A stretch of DNA of 64,000 nucleotides from an uncultured Flavobacteriales bacterium. Its GTDB lineage: Bacteria; Bacteroidota; Bacteroidia; Flavobacteriales_D; Crocinitomicaceae. The notes under the pieces are model-generated. The model did no database searches. It was not told the DNA's origin and saw only the letters and a program-made list of their open reading frames with translations. Every line of letters begins with the position of its first letter. The stretch's first letter is position 1. The position numbers were made by a program, and so were the translations under genes. The stretch lies in assembly GCA_964425255.1 (NCBI GenBank), contig CAYRMV010000002.1:765-64764 (forward strand), read 5' to 3'. Positions 16,922-25,993 of the stretch are shown in pieces.

Positions 16922-17809
16922 TTAAAAAGTCAATGTTACAGACGTTTCATGGACGTTAAGACTTACTTCTTTCCCTAAAATCAAACTGCGATTATCGGGA
17001 ATATGTCCTGCCGGAAAATCAAATACAATCGGTATGGAACGATATTGGAAATGCTGAAGTATTAGTTCCTCCAAAGAAAATCCGATTGGAGTTGCAGTGT
17101 CTTTCAAATCAGTCATTCCACCAACAATCAATCCTTTGATTTGATTCAAAATACCTGCATGTTGGAAAGCATAAAACATGCGGTCGATGTGATACAATTG
17201 TTCCGCCAAATCCTCAATAAACAAGATTGAATTGGTGTAGTCGGGTTGTAAATCTGTTCCCAACAAACTATACAGAATTGATAAATTTCCACCGAGTAGT
17301 TTGCCTTTAGCTTCGCCTAACTGATTGTTTTTGTTTGCTGAAATGGTATAACTCAACGTTTTTCCAAGAAGAGCATCGATCAAGGATTGCCAAGCTTCTT
17401 CAGTGATTTCACCAAAATTCAATGGCATAGTTGCATGAATAGAAGGAAGTTCGAATTTTTGCAAATACTGATGAAAAACAGTTACATCCGAAAAGCCAAT
17501 CAACCATTTGGGCTCCCGCAATTGACTTGCCCATTGAATTCGATCTAAAATCCGGATACAGCCATATCCGCCACGTGCACAAAGGATTGCTTTTGCTTCC
17601 GGATGGTCAATCGCCCATTGAAAATCCGCTGCACGTTCTTCGTCTGTTCCAGAAAAATAATGCTTTTGACCAACCACATGTTGACCTAATTCTACACGAA
17701 AACCAGCTCCTTCGAGTTTGCTTTTAGCAGCCAAAACAAGTGTTTCATCTATCGCTTTTGCAGGCGAAACAAGCACAATCAAATCATTGGGTTGAAGGGG
17801 AGCAAGCAT
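16922..17809 (-). CDS. LD-carboxypeptidase (peptidase S66, LdcA/MccF-like)
   Basis: HYFSGTDEERAADFQWAIDHPEAKAILCARGGYG, the nucleophile context LIGFSDVT, and C-terminal FPAGH. Start chosen at MLAPLQPNDLI (17809). Confidence 0.8.
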   Translation of the reverse strand: MLAPLQPNDLIVLVSPAKAIDETLVLAAKSKLEGAGFRVELGQHVVGQKHYFSGTDEERAADFQWAIDHPEAKAILCARGGYGCIRILDRIQWASQLREPKWLIGFSDVTVFHQYLQKFELPSIHATMPLNFGEITEEAWQSLIDALLGKTLSYTISANKNNQLGEAKGKLLGGNLSILYSLLGTDLQPDYTNSILFIEDLAEQLYHIDRMFYAFQHAGILNQIKGLIVGGMTDLKDTATPIGFSLEELILQHFQYRSIPIVFDFPAGHIPDNRSLILGKEVSLNVHETSVTLTF

Positions 17810-17855
17810 CAAATTTTTTTGTGTAAATATACAGAAACAAGTGTTCATTTTTCGG

Positions 17856-17863
17856 TATCTTTG
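17856..17863 (+). promoter_or_regulatory. -7 promoter box TATCTTTG for tadA
   Basis: TAnnTTTG match ending 4 nt before the tadA ATG (17868). The same 13-mer TTCGGTATCTTTG recurs upstream of ileS. Confidence 0.5.
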
Positions 17864-17867
17864 AAGA

Positions 17868-18317
17868 ATGGAATTGATTTCGCCGTATAACGATACATAC
17901 TTCATGAAACAAGCATTTCAAGAAGCATGTAAAGCTTTTGAATTGGGAGAAGTGCCTGTTGGTGCTGTGGTTGTATCTAACAATCAGATTATTGCTCGAG
18001 CGCACAACCTGACCGAACAACTTCATGATGTGACTGCTCATGCAGAAATTCAAGCGATAACGGCAGCAGCTAATTTCCTCGGCGGAAAATACCTTACGGG
18101 ATGCACTTTGTATGTCACGCTTGAACCATGTGTCATGTGTGGTGGAGCGTTGTATTGGTCTCAGATTGATAAAGTGGTGTTTGCTGCACGCGACGAAAAA
18201 CGAGGAGCAAGCCATTTGAGTGAATCGATTTACCATCCAAAAACACTTGTCACAAACGGGATCATGGCGGATGAATGCGCTCAATTAATGAAAGATTTTT
18301 TTGCCAAAAGAAGGTAA
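17868..18317 (+). CDS. tadA: tRNA adenosine(34) deaminase TadA
   Basis: FMKQAFQEA...EVPVGAVVV, the zinc motifs HAEIQAI and PCVMCGGA, and a size of 149 aa. Confidence 0.9.
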   Translation: MELISPYNDTYFMKQAFQEACKAFELGEVPVGAVVVSNNQIIARAHNLTEQLHDVTAHAEIQAITAAANFLGGKYLTGCTLYVTLEPCVMCGGALYWSQIDKVVFAARDEKRGASHLSESIYHPKTLVTNGIMADECAQLMKDFFAKRR

Positions 18318-18364
18318 TTTTGAAGAAATAGTAGGTTAAGGTTTCATTTCACCGCGCATTTCGG

Positions 18365-18372
18365 TATCTTTG
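18365..18372 (+). promoter_or_regulatory. -7 promoter box TATCTTTG for ileS
   Basis: TAnnTTTG match 25 nt upstream of the ileS ATG (18398). Confidence 0.5.
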
Positions 18373-18397
18373 TTCCCTTTTCAGAAATTTCATACAC

Positions 18398-21300
18398 ATG
18401 AGTGCCAAATACCAAGAATACAAAGGATTAAATTTACCTGAAGTAGCTCAACGAATCCAAGAAAAATGGGATCGTGAAAATACATTTGCTCTTTCGGTGG
18501 ATAGCCGCGATGAAAACAAACCTTTTGTCTTTTTCGAAGGACCACCCTCAGCGAATGGTCTTCCAGGTATTCACCACGTAATGGCGCGCTCTCTCAAAGA
18601 TATTTTTTGTCGTTACAAAACCCTGCAAGGTTTCCAAGTGAAACGCAAAGCAGGTTGGGATACACACGGACTTCCCGTAGAACTAGGCGTTGAAAAAGAA
18701 TTGGGAATTACCAAAGAAGACATCGGAACGAAAATTTCGGTCGAAGAATACAACCAAGCGTGTAAGGCGGCTGTGATGCGCTACACCGATATTTGGAACA
18801 ATTTAACCAAACAAATGGGCTATTGGGTCGATATGGAACATCCATACATTACCTACGATGCCAAATACATGGAATCCGTTTGGTGGTTGCTCGGTCAAAT
18901 TTACGACAAAGGTTTGCTATACAAAGGATATACGATTCAACCGTATTCACCTGCAGCAGGAACAGGTCTTTCGTCACACGAATTGAACCAACCCGGATGC
19001 TACCGTGATGTCAAAGACACAACCGTCGTAGCTCAATTTAAAATTGTTGATGGTTCATCTTCCCCTTTTGGATGGAATGGTCAATCTTCTTCCCCTTTTG
19101 GAGGGGGTGCACAAGATCCAACTTCCCCCTTTGGAGGGGGTGCAGGGGGAGGAAAATTCCCAACCAACACCTTCTTCCTAGCTTGGACCACCACTCCGTG
19201 GACCTTGCCTTCGAATACAGCATTGTGCGTGGGACCGAAAATTGAATACGTTTTGGTTCGTTCGTTCAATGCATATACGCACGAAGAAATATATGTTGTT
19301 CTAGCAAAAGATTTGGTCAACAAACATTTTGGAAAAGGATTTGTCGCAACAGAAGATGAATCTGCTTTTGCAAATTATGATCAATCAGGAAAAAACATTC
19401 CTTTTGCTATTTTAGGCGAATGCAAAGGCGAAGACCTAAAAGGCATCCGATACGAACAATTGTTGCCGTATGCTATGCCGCATGAAAACCCTGAAAAAGC
19501 GTTTCAAGTTATCACAGGAGATTTTGTCACTACGTCAGACGGTACAGGAATTGTTCACATCGCACCTACTTTTGGAGCAGACGATGCACGAGTAGCAGCA
19601 GAAGCTGGAGTTCCTGCTATGTTGGTTTTGGATGAAAAAGAAAATCCTGTCCCATTGGTGGATTTACAAGGACGTTTTCGTCCTGAGTTGAAAGATGAGG
19701 TTTTCGGTTTTGCCAAAGAATATGTGAAAACAGATTATCTCTCTGAGAGCGAGAAAGAAGCAGAATTCCAACTGCAAAAAGAGCGTTTGAAGCACATTAT
19801 CGCAGACTTAAAAGCATATATGTCGGTGGATGAGCGCATTGCTTTGAAGTTAAAACAAGAGAACAAAGCCTTCAAAATCGAGAAATACGAGCATAGTTAT
19901 CCGCATTGTTGGCGTACCGACAAACCCGTTTTGTACTATCCACTTGATTCTTGGTTTATCCGAATGACAGCGGTGAAAGAACGCATGATGGAATTAAACA
20001 CAACTATCAATTGGAAACCAGAATCTACGGGTTCAGGTCGTTTTGGGAAATGGTTGGAAAATGTCAACGATTGGAACTTGTCTCGCTCACGTTATTGGGG
20101 AATTCCGATTCCGATTTGGTCAACCGATGAAGGCGATGAGCGCATTTGTATTTCTTCTGCCGAACAACTGAAAAAAGAATGTGACAAAGCGGTGGAAGCT
20201 GGTTTCATGGAAAAGAACCCGATGGCTGATTTTGCCGTTGGCGATATGTCGGAAGCCAATTATGCGAAAATCGATTTCCATAAAAATTACGTAGATCAAA
20301 TTACATTGGTTTCTCCTTCTGGAAAACCCATGAAGCGCGAAGCCGATTTGATTGATGTGTGGTTCGATTCAGGTTCGATGCCCTATGCACAATGGCATTA
20401 TCCGTTTGAAAACAAAGAGCTAATCGATAATCGCAAAGGATATCCGGGTGATTTTATTGCCGAAGGCGTGGATCAAACGAGAGGATGGTTTTATACGCTT
20501 CACGCCATTTCTACGTTGGTTTTTGATTCCGTTGCTTACAAAAATGTGATTTCGAACGGTTTGGTCTTGGATAAAAACGGACAAAAAATGTCGAAACGCT
20601 TAGGTAATGCGATTGATCCGTTTACCACTTTGGATCAATATGGTCCAGATGCAACTCGTTGGTATATGATCACCAATGCGCAACCTTGGGACAATTTGAA
20701 GTTTGATTTAGATGGTATTACGGAAGTGCAACGCAAATTCTTTGGTACACTTTACAATACCTATTCATTCTTTGCTTTGTATGCCAATATTGATGGTTTT
20801 GCATTCAAAGAAGCTAACATTGCTTTGTCTGATCGACCTGAAATTGATCGTTGGATTTTATCTAAACTCAACAGTTTAATACAGCAAGTAGAAGATGCGT
20901 ATGAAAATTACGAGCCAACCAAAGCAGGAAGATTGATTCAGGATTTTGTAACCGATCAATTATCGAATTGGTATGTGCGCTTGTGTCGCCGTCGTTTCTG
21001 GAAAGGAGACTATTCAACGGATAAAGTTTCAGCTTACCAAACTTTGTATACTTGTTTGGAACAAGTTGCTGTTTTAAGTGCGCCCATTGCACCGTTTTTC
21101 ATGGATCAGTTGTTCTGTGATTTGAATGCAGTTGCTGGAAAAAACAACGTTTCATCTGTTCATTTAGCTGATTTCCCGAAAGTGAATGAATCGTGGATTG
21201 ATGCTGATTTGGAAGCACAAATGGACATTGCACAGCGCGTTTCTTCGTTGGTACTTGGTTTACGTAAGAAAGAAAAACTGCGTGTTCGACAGCCTTTGCA

Positions 21301-21955
21301 GAAAATTATGGTTCCAGCTTTGAACGAGGTGTTTGCTAAAAATATCGAACACGTAAAAGACTTGATTTTGTCTGAAGTTAACGTAAAAGAGTTAGAAATT
21401 CTGTTGGAAGACAACGGCGTATTCGTAAAAAGCATCAAGCCAAATTTCAAAACCATCGGACCAAAATATGGGAAACAAATGAAAGCGATTGCCGAATTGG
21501 TGAAGGAATTTGATCAAACAACGATTTCATCGATCGAGCAAACGGGTCGTTGGAATACACAAATAGATGGTGTAGAAATTGTACTCGAAAGCGAAGACTT
21601 AGAAATTGTTGCACAAGATATTATTGGTTGGACAGTGAGTTCAGAGGGTGGAATTACCGTAGCCCTGGATATCACTTTAAACGAAGAATTGCGACAAGAA
21701 GGGATTGCCAGAGAATTGGTAAACCGAGTTCAAAATCTCCGCAAGGACAGTGGTTTGGAAGTGACGGATCGCATCTCGCTGCGCATTGCATCTACACCTG
21801 CGATTCAAGCAGCCGTCGAAGCAAACCAAACCTATGTTTGTGAAGAGGTCTTGGCGCGTTCGATTCAATTCGTGGCTTCGTTGCCCGAAGGTACACGCAC
21901 CGATATTGAAGCAGAAGGCGATACCTCGTTGGTGCTTGAGCGCTCGCAGGAGTAA
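18398..21955 (+). CDS. ileS: isoleucine--tRNA ligase (long, type-2-like form)
   Basis: PPSANGLPGIHHVMAR (HIGH), KMSKRLGN (KMSKS), WTTTPWTLPSN in the editing domain, and GWFYTLH. Length is 1185 aa. Confidence 0.95.
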   Translation: MSAKYQEYKGLNLPEVAQRIQEKWDRENTFALSVDSRDENKPFVFFEGPPSANGLPGIHHVMARSLKDIFCRYKTLQGFQVKRKAGWDTHGLPVELGVEKELGITKEDIGTKISVEEYNQACKAAVMRYTDIWNNLTKQMGYWVDMEHPYITYDAKYMESVWWLLGQIYDKGLLYKGYTIQPYSPAAGTGLSSHELNQPGCYRDVKDTTVVAQFKIVDGSSSPFGWNGQSSSPFGGGAQDPTSPFGGGAGGGKFPTNTFFLAWTTTPWTLPSNTALCVGPKIEYVLVRSFNAYTHEEIYVVLAKDLVNKHFGKGFVATEDESAFANYDQSGKNIPFAILGECKGEDLKGIRYEQLLPYAMPHENPEKAFQVITGDFVTTSDGTGIVHIAPTFGADDARVAAEAGVPAMLVLDEKENPVPLVDLQGRFRPELKDEVFGFAKEYVKTDYLSESEKEAEFQLQKERLKHIIADLKAYMSVDERIALKLKQENKAFKIEKYEHSYPHCWRTDKPVLYYPLDSWFIRMTAVKERMMELNTTINWKPESTGSGRFGKWLENVNDWNLSRSRYWGIPIPIWSTDEGDERICISSAEQLKKECDKAVEAGFMEKNPMADFAVGDMSEANYAKIDFHKNYVDQITLVSPSGKPMKREADLIDVWFDSGSMPYAQWHYPFENKELIDNRKGYPGDFIAEGVDQTRGWFYTLHAISTLVFDSVAYKNVISNGLVLDKNGQKMSKRLGNAIDPFTTLDQYGPDATRWYMITNAQPWDNLKFDLDGITEVQRKFFGTLYNTYSFFALYANIDGFAFKEANIALSDRPEIDRWILSKLNSLIQQVEDAYENYEPTKAGRLIQDFVTDQLSNWYVRLCRRRFWKGDYSTDKVSAYQTLYTCLEQVAVLSAPIAPFFMDQLFCDLNAVAGKNNVSSVHLADFPKVNESWIDADLEAQMDIAQRVSSLVLGLRKKEKLRVRQPLQKIMVPALNEVFAKNIEHVKDLILSEVNVKELEILLEDNGVFVKSIKPNFKTIGPKYGKQMKAIAELVKEFDQTTISSIEQTGRWNTQIDGVEIVLESEDLEIVAQDIIGWTVSSEGGITVALDITLNEELRQEGIARELVNRVQNLRKDSGLEVTDRISLRIASTPAIQAAVEANQTYVCEEVLARSIQFVASLPEGTRTDIEAEGDTSLVLERSQE
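19058..19144 (+). repeat. in-frame GC-rich triplicated repeat inside ileS (units start at about 19058, 19088 and 19121)
   Basis: The DNA unit TCTTCCCCTTTTGGAKGG(GGTGCA) occurs three times at 30- and 33-nt spacing. It encodes SSPFGW / SSPFGGGA / TSPFGGGAGGG. Confidence 0.85.
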
Positions 21956-21989
21956 TTCAGGAGGTATTTGCAGGTAACACGATAAGTTG

Positions 21990-22019
21990 AAGGGCGTTCC
22001 AAGATGGTGCGCCCTTTTT
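21990..22019 (+). terminator. intrinsic terminator of ileS
   Basis: 7-bp stem AAGGGCG / CGCCCTT with a 13-nt loop, followed by TTTTT. Confidence 0.65.
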
Positions 22020-22053
22020 CGTGTTCGCCTGGAACAGTAAGTTGGTTAATTTA

Positions 22054-22077
22054 ATTTAAGATATTTTTGTCTTAAAT
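22054..22077. promoter_or_regulatory. inverted repeat ATTTAAGA-N8-TCTTAAAT, candidate Rrf2 operator
   Basis: Perfect 8-bp arms directly upstream of the -7 box of the Rrf2 gene. The 11-mer TTAATTTAAGA (22051-22061) recurs at 22561-22571, upstream of the next gene. Confidence 0.4.
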
Positions 22078-22089
22078 AGAAGAATGTTG

Positions 22090-22097
22090 TATCTTTG
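22090..22097 (+). promoter_or_regulatory. -7 promoter box TATCTTTG for the Rrf2 gene
   Basis: TAnnTTTG match 17 nt upstream of the ATG at 22115. Confidence 0.45.
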
Positions 22098-22114
22098 TCC
22101 AAAAAAGGGGCAAA

Positions 22115-22549
22115 ATGTTTTCAAAAGCATGTGAATACGGAATTCGGGCAATCATCTTTATTGCGACCCAGTCGATGCAAGGCAAGCGCGTAAAAATTGG
22201 GGAGGTTGCTGTGGAATCCAATTCGCCAGAAGCATTCACTGCTAAGGTGCTGGGGGCGCTCACCAAGCATAACATTGTTCAGTCGCACACGGGGCCCAAC
22301 GGCGGGTTTAGTGTCTCGGACGAACAGTTGCGAAAAACGAAATTGAGCGATATCGTGTTCGCCATTGATGGCGATGCGATCTACAACGGGTGTGCGCTCG
22401 GGTTGGATCAGTGCAACAGCGAGCGTCCGTGTCCGCTGCACCATAAGTTTGTCCAAGTGCGGGCAGACTTGAAAAAGATGCTTGAGAACAACACCATTTT
22501 TGATTTAGCGACAGATCTGAATTCTGGAAATTTTACGCTGAAGCGCTAA
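22115..22549 (+). CDS. Rrf2-family transcriptional regulator (NsrR/IscR-like, three-Cys cluster)
   Basis: MFSKACEYGIRAIIFIA winged-helix N-terminus and CALGLDQCNSERPCPLH (C-x6-C-x5-C), as in Fe-S-binding Rrf2 regulators. Confidence 0.85.
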   Translation: MFSKACEYGIRAIIFIATQSMQGKRVKIGEVAVESNSPEAFTAKVLGALTKHNIVQSHTGPNGGFSVSDEQLRKTKLSDIVFAIDGDAIYNGCALGLDQCNSERPCPLHHKFVQVRADLKKMLENNTIFDLATDLNSGNFTLKR

Positions 22550-22596
22550 AAAAATTTGAATTAATTTAAGACAAAAACATCGTAAATTAGAGAAAG

Positions 22597-22884
22597 ATGG
22601 AAATGCAACAAAAAACATGGTTTGATCGCCAAGCAGATCAGTTTGAACGCGGAAGATTTGGTTGGATGACGGTATACCTAACGGCTCAGAGCTGCTGGGG
22701 TTCGATTGCAGCGATGCTCAGTCTGCGCGCGGATGATTACATCTCGCTTGGTATTTGCGCTAGTGTGACCATGGCCTCCAACGCAGCATTCATTGCCCAA
22801 GGACCGGCAAAATGGTGTTTGGGCTTACTGTATGTAAGCGCTGTCACCAATCTGTTGCTGATTATGTACCACTTGATTTTTTGA
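22597..22884 (+). CDS. small hypothetical membrane protein
   Basis: 95 aa with two to three hydrophobic segments. Sits in the GC-rich NO-stress cluster. No family recognised. Confidence 0.4.
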   Translation: MEMQQKTWFDRQADQFERGRFGWMTVYLTAQSCWGSIAAMLSLRADDYISLGICASVTMASNAAFIAQGPAKWCLGLLYVSAVTNLLLIMYHLIF

Positions 22885-22886
22885 CA

Positions 22887-23276
22887 ATGAAAAAAGACAT
22901 TACAGAACTAGCTGACATCGAACGCTTGGTGCATTCGTTTTATGCTGAGGTTAGACAGGATCTGACACTTGGACCCATTTTTGAAGCCAAGATTCAAGAT
23001 CGCTGGGACGAGCACCTGGAGAAGATGGTGCGTTTTTGGCAAACGGTTTTACTCGATCAACACACCTATTCTGGTAGTCCATTCGCACCTCACGCGAACC
23101 TTCCAGTGGCCCATGTACACTTTGAGCATTGGATGGCGGTGTTCAACCACACGGTTGACGCACTGTTTGAGGGCGAAAAGGCAGAACGGGCGAAGTGGCA
23201 AGGCGCTCGCATGGCAGAAATGTTTTCGTACAAGATTGCCTATATCCGTGAGCATCATCAAACTCCAGTCCTATGA
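22887..23276 (+). CDS. group III truncated haemoglobin-like globin
   Basis: Start at MKKDITELADIERLVHSFYAEV (ATG 22887, 2 nt after the preceding stop). The LGPIF...W..HL.KM..FW......Y.G.PF..H pattern is typical of truncated haemoglobins. Confidence 0.7.
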   Translation: MKKDITELADIERLVHSFYAEVRQDLTLGPIFEAKIQDRWDEHLEKMVRFWQTVLLDQHTYSGSPFAPHANLPVAHVHFEHWMAVFNHTVDALFEGEKAERAKWQGARMAEMFSYKIAYIREHHQTPVL

Positions 23277-23713
23277 AAATCAATCCTGCGAGCGCTGTAG
23301 CGATCACCTTCTTGTGGCTCGGTTTTGTCGGCGCGATTAGTTTCATGGAAGCTTGGCTGAAGTTTCGGGCGCCCGGTATTACGCTTCCGCTCGGTTTAGG
23401 CATCGGTCGACTGGTTTTTGGCGCGCTGAACAAGGTAGAATGGGTCTTGGCCATAGCGCTACTCGTTCCCTTGCTTCGCCAGGGATTCCCCTTGGGCAGT
23501 TCCGACCGCTTGTTGCTCATTCCGTTGGTAATTTTGCTGTTGCAAACGGTTTGGCTACTGCCGGTGCTAGATCACCGCGCTGCCTTGCACATCGAGGGGC
23601 AGATGGTGGAAAAATCGCTCCACCACGTGTATTATGTGGGGTGCGAGCTGGTGAAAGTGGTGTTCCTCGTCTGGTTCGGGGTAGCCTACCTGCGCGGACT
23701 TTCGTCGGTGTAA
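23273..23713 (+). CDS. hypothetical integral membrane protein
   Basis: 146 aa with four hydrophobic segments. Its ATGA start overlaps the globin stop. Confidence 0.45.
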   Translation: MKINPASAVAITFLWLGFVGAISFMEAWLKFRAPGITLPLGLGIGRLVFGALNKVEWVLAIALLVPLLRQGFPLGSSDRLLLIPLVILLLQTVWLLPVLDHRAALHIEGQMVEKSLHHVYYVGCELVKVVFLVWFGVAYLRGLSSV

Positions 23714-23758
23714 TCGCCAATGAATCAAAGGGAGTATCACATCTATAAACACACGAAT

Positions 23759-24457
23759 ATGAACGAATTAAAAACGAGCATCATCGGTCAACTCGTTGCC
23801 GAGCATCCGGACGTCGCGAAGGTTTTTTCCAACTACCAAATCGATTTCTGCTGCCAAGGAAATAGACCGTTGTCGGAGGTGCTAACGCCGGAAAACGAAC
23901 GTCAACTGCTGGCAGAGCTCCAAGTGGCGATGAAATCCGAGCAGCAAACGACGATGGACTTTCGCGACTGGCCCTTGGATCTATTGGTGGACTACATTGT
24001 AAAGAAACATCACCGGTATGTCGAGGAACGCTCGCAGGAAATCAAGGCATCTCTGGCCAAAATCGTTGCTGTGCACGGAGCTAAACACCCCGAATTGATT
24101 GAGCTTGAGCGCTTGTTTTTGCAGTCGGCGGGTGACTTAGCGGTACACATGAAAAAGGAGGAATTGGTCTTGTTCCCGTACATCCAGCGAATGCTTGGAA
24201 AGAAGGAAGCAACCCATGGTTTTGTGGAACATCCCATCGCCGCGATGCACGATGACCACAACCAGGAGGGCGAGCGTTTCCGGGCAATGTCTGTGCTCAC
24301 CAATGGGTATCGAGCACCAGCGGATGCTTGTACGACGTACCTGCTTACCTTCCAGCGCTTGGCAGAGTTTGAACGCGATTTACACATGCATATTCACTTG
24401 GAAAACAATATCCTCTTTCCGCGTGCGCTTGCTCTCGAAACGTCGCTTCGAAGCTAA
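23759..24457 (+). CDS. ytfE: iron-sulfur cluster repair di-iron protein (RIC / YtfE / ScdA family)
   Basis: N-terminal ScdA_N pattern VFSNYQIDFCCQGNRPL, and hemerythrin-like H/E motifs (KKHHRYVEE, HMKKEELVLFP, HDDHNQEGE, HIHLENNILFP). An alternative upstream start is at 23720. Confidence 0.8.
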   Translation: MNELKTSIIGQLVAEHPDVAKVFSNYQIDFCCQGNRPLSEVLTPENERQLLAELQVAMKSEQQTTMDFRDWPLDLLVDYIVKKHHRYVEERSQEIKASLAKIVAVHGAKHPELIELERLFLQSAGDLAVHMKKEELVLFPYIQRMLGKKEATHGFVEHPIAAMHDDHNQEGERFRAMSVLTNGYRAPADACTTYLLTFQRLAEFERDLHMHIHLENNILFPRALALETSLRS

Positions 24458-24600
24458 GAGACATTTCCGATAGGCGGGTGCAGGGAGTTTTGGTGAGGGA
24501 GGACGTTCAGTGCGTCCGCTCATCCCACTCCAATTACCATTCATACTTTTTTGAGTAGGATGAAAACGATACATTTTCAATATTTGGAAAAAACTACGAA

Positions 24601-25917
24601 ATGAAAACTGTACTCTCTGCACTTGTTTTTACTTCTTCAATCTTTGCTTTTGGTCAGCAAGTTCACCGCTGTTTATCCAAAGAGGCGATTGAATATCAAA
24701 ATCAATTAACACCTGGTTTCTCCGATCAGGTGAATCAACAATTTCAATTAGCAAAACAATGGGCTTCCGGTCAAATTATGAAATCGGATGCTGAATATGT
24801 GATTCCTGTTGTTGTTCATGTTGTTTACAATACAGCCAATCAAAACCTAGCGGATTCGGTTATTTTAGATCAACTTAAAGTCTTGAATGAAGATTTTGGA
24901 CGATTGAATGCGGATACCGTAAATTTACGCACCGATTTTCATCCCATTGCTGGAAATCCAAAAATCCATTTTCGCTTAGCAACCATTGACCCAAGTGGAA
25001 ATCCAACTACTGGAATTACCCGCACACAAACAGCGACAGCTAGTTTTGGAAGTTTTGCCATTTTCGGTGGAAGTTTCACCGATTTAGAAAAAGTGAAATC
25101 AACAGCGAATGGTGGACATGATCCATGGGATCAAACACGTTATTTGAATATTTGGGTGTGTAACATGTCAATCAATATTTTGGGTCAAGAATCAACGTCT
25201 CTGTTGGGATATGCAACGCCACCAGCTGGTTTGCCGAATTGGCCAGCGGGTTCAACGCCGAATTTGAGTGATGGAGTGGTGATCCAATATCAATGTTTTG
25301 GTAGAAATAATCCAAATCCACTAGATGTCGGAACAGGTCAGCCCATGGTTGTTCGTGGAAGAACAGTTACCCATGAAGTGGGGCATTACCTCGGTTTGCG
25401 TCACATTTGGGGAGATGGAGATTGCACGCAAGAAGATGGAATTGATGACACTCCGAATGCGGATGATCAATCCGATTTTGATTGTAATATCACGAAAAAT
25501 ACCTGTGTAGACAACATTTTGACTTACGGTGATTTGCCTGATATGGTTGAAAATTACATGGATTATTCATCAGAAGAATGCCAAAATAGTTTTACCAAAG
25601 GACAAGTGGATTTGATACACGGTGTACTGGAAAATCAACGTTATGATTTGGTACACAACAATCCGGCAAGTGTCTCTGAACTGACTTTTTCAGCATCAGT
25701 TTTTCCAAATCCAGTTACCAATCAGTTACTTGTGAAAACAGATCAACCGTTAAATAAAGTGATTTTAATGGATGCTCAAGGAAGAAAATTAAACGAATTT
25801 AATCATGTTCACCATCAACTACAGATTGATTTTGCTGTGTTTGATTCAGGTTTGTACTTGCTTTTATTGGAAGCAGACAATGGGTCATCTCAATTAAAAC
25901 GCATTAACAAGATGTAA
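24601..25917 (+). CDS. secreted M43 (pappalysin/cytophagalysin-like) zinc metalloprotease with T9SS C-terminal domain
   Basis: Signal peptide, zinc motif THEVGHYLGLRHIWGDGDC, and C-terminal VFPNPVTNQLLVKT...GLYLLLLEADNGSSQLKRINKM. Confidence 0.85.
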   Translation: MKTVLSALVFTSSIFAFGQQVHRCLSKEAIEYQNQLTPGFSDQVNQQFQLAKQWASGQIMKSDAEYVIPVVVHVVYNTANQNLADSVILDQLKVLNEDFGRLNADTVNLRTDFHPIAGNPKIHFRLATIDPSGNPTTGITRTQTATASFGSFAIFGGSFTDLEKVKSTANGGHDPWDQTRYLNIWVCNMSINILGQESTSLLGYATPPAGLPNWPAGSTPNLSDGVVIQYQCFGRNNPNPLDVGTGQPMVVRGRTVTHEVGHYLGLRHIWGDGDCTQEDGIDDTPNADDQSDFDCNITKNTCVDNILTYGDLPDMVENYMDYSSEECQNSFTKGQVDLIHGVLENQRYDLVHNNPASVSELTFSASVFPNPVTNQLLVKTDQPLNKVILMDAQGRKLNEFNHVHHQLQIDFAVFDSGLYLLLLEADNGSSQLKRINKM

Positions 25918-25942
25918 ACTACTACTACACATTTAAGATGGA

Positions 25943-25973
25943 AAAACGTCTCTCATTATCGGGAGGCGTTTTT
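25943..25973 (+). terminator. intrinsic terminator after the M43 protease gene
   Basis: 10-bp stem AAAACGTCTC / GAGGCGTTTT (one G-T wobble), followed by TTTAT. Confidence 0.6.
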
Positions 25974-25993
25974 ATTTGTCCTATTTTTACTTT

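Noticed and set aside
17784-18284. 166-aa minus-strand ORF
   Set aside because: It is fully antisense to tadA, which has clear HAE / PCxxC deaminase motifs. The antisense product is Cys/Phe/Ser-rich with no motifs.
19038-19323. Minus-strand ORFs across the ileS repeat (PPPKGE... repeats)
   Set aside because: They are an antisense reading of the GC-rich triplicated insert inside an essential, well-supported CDS.
23143-23752. Cluster of overlapping 60-130-aa ORFs on both strands (for example 23143-23520 minus, 23353-23748 plus, 23517-23720 minus)
   Set aside because: They are Arg/Pro/Ala-rich products typical of off-frame translation of GC-rich DNA. The in-frame globin and 4-TM membrane ORFs explain the region, with start/stop coupling.
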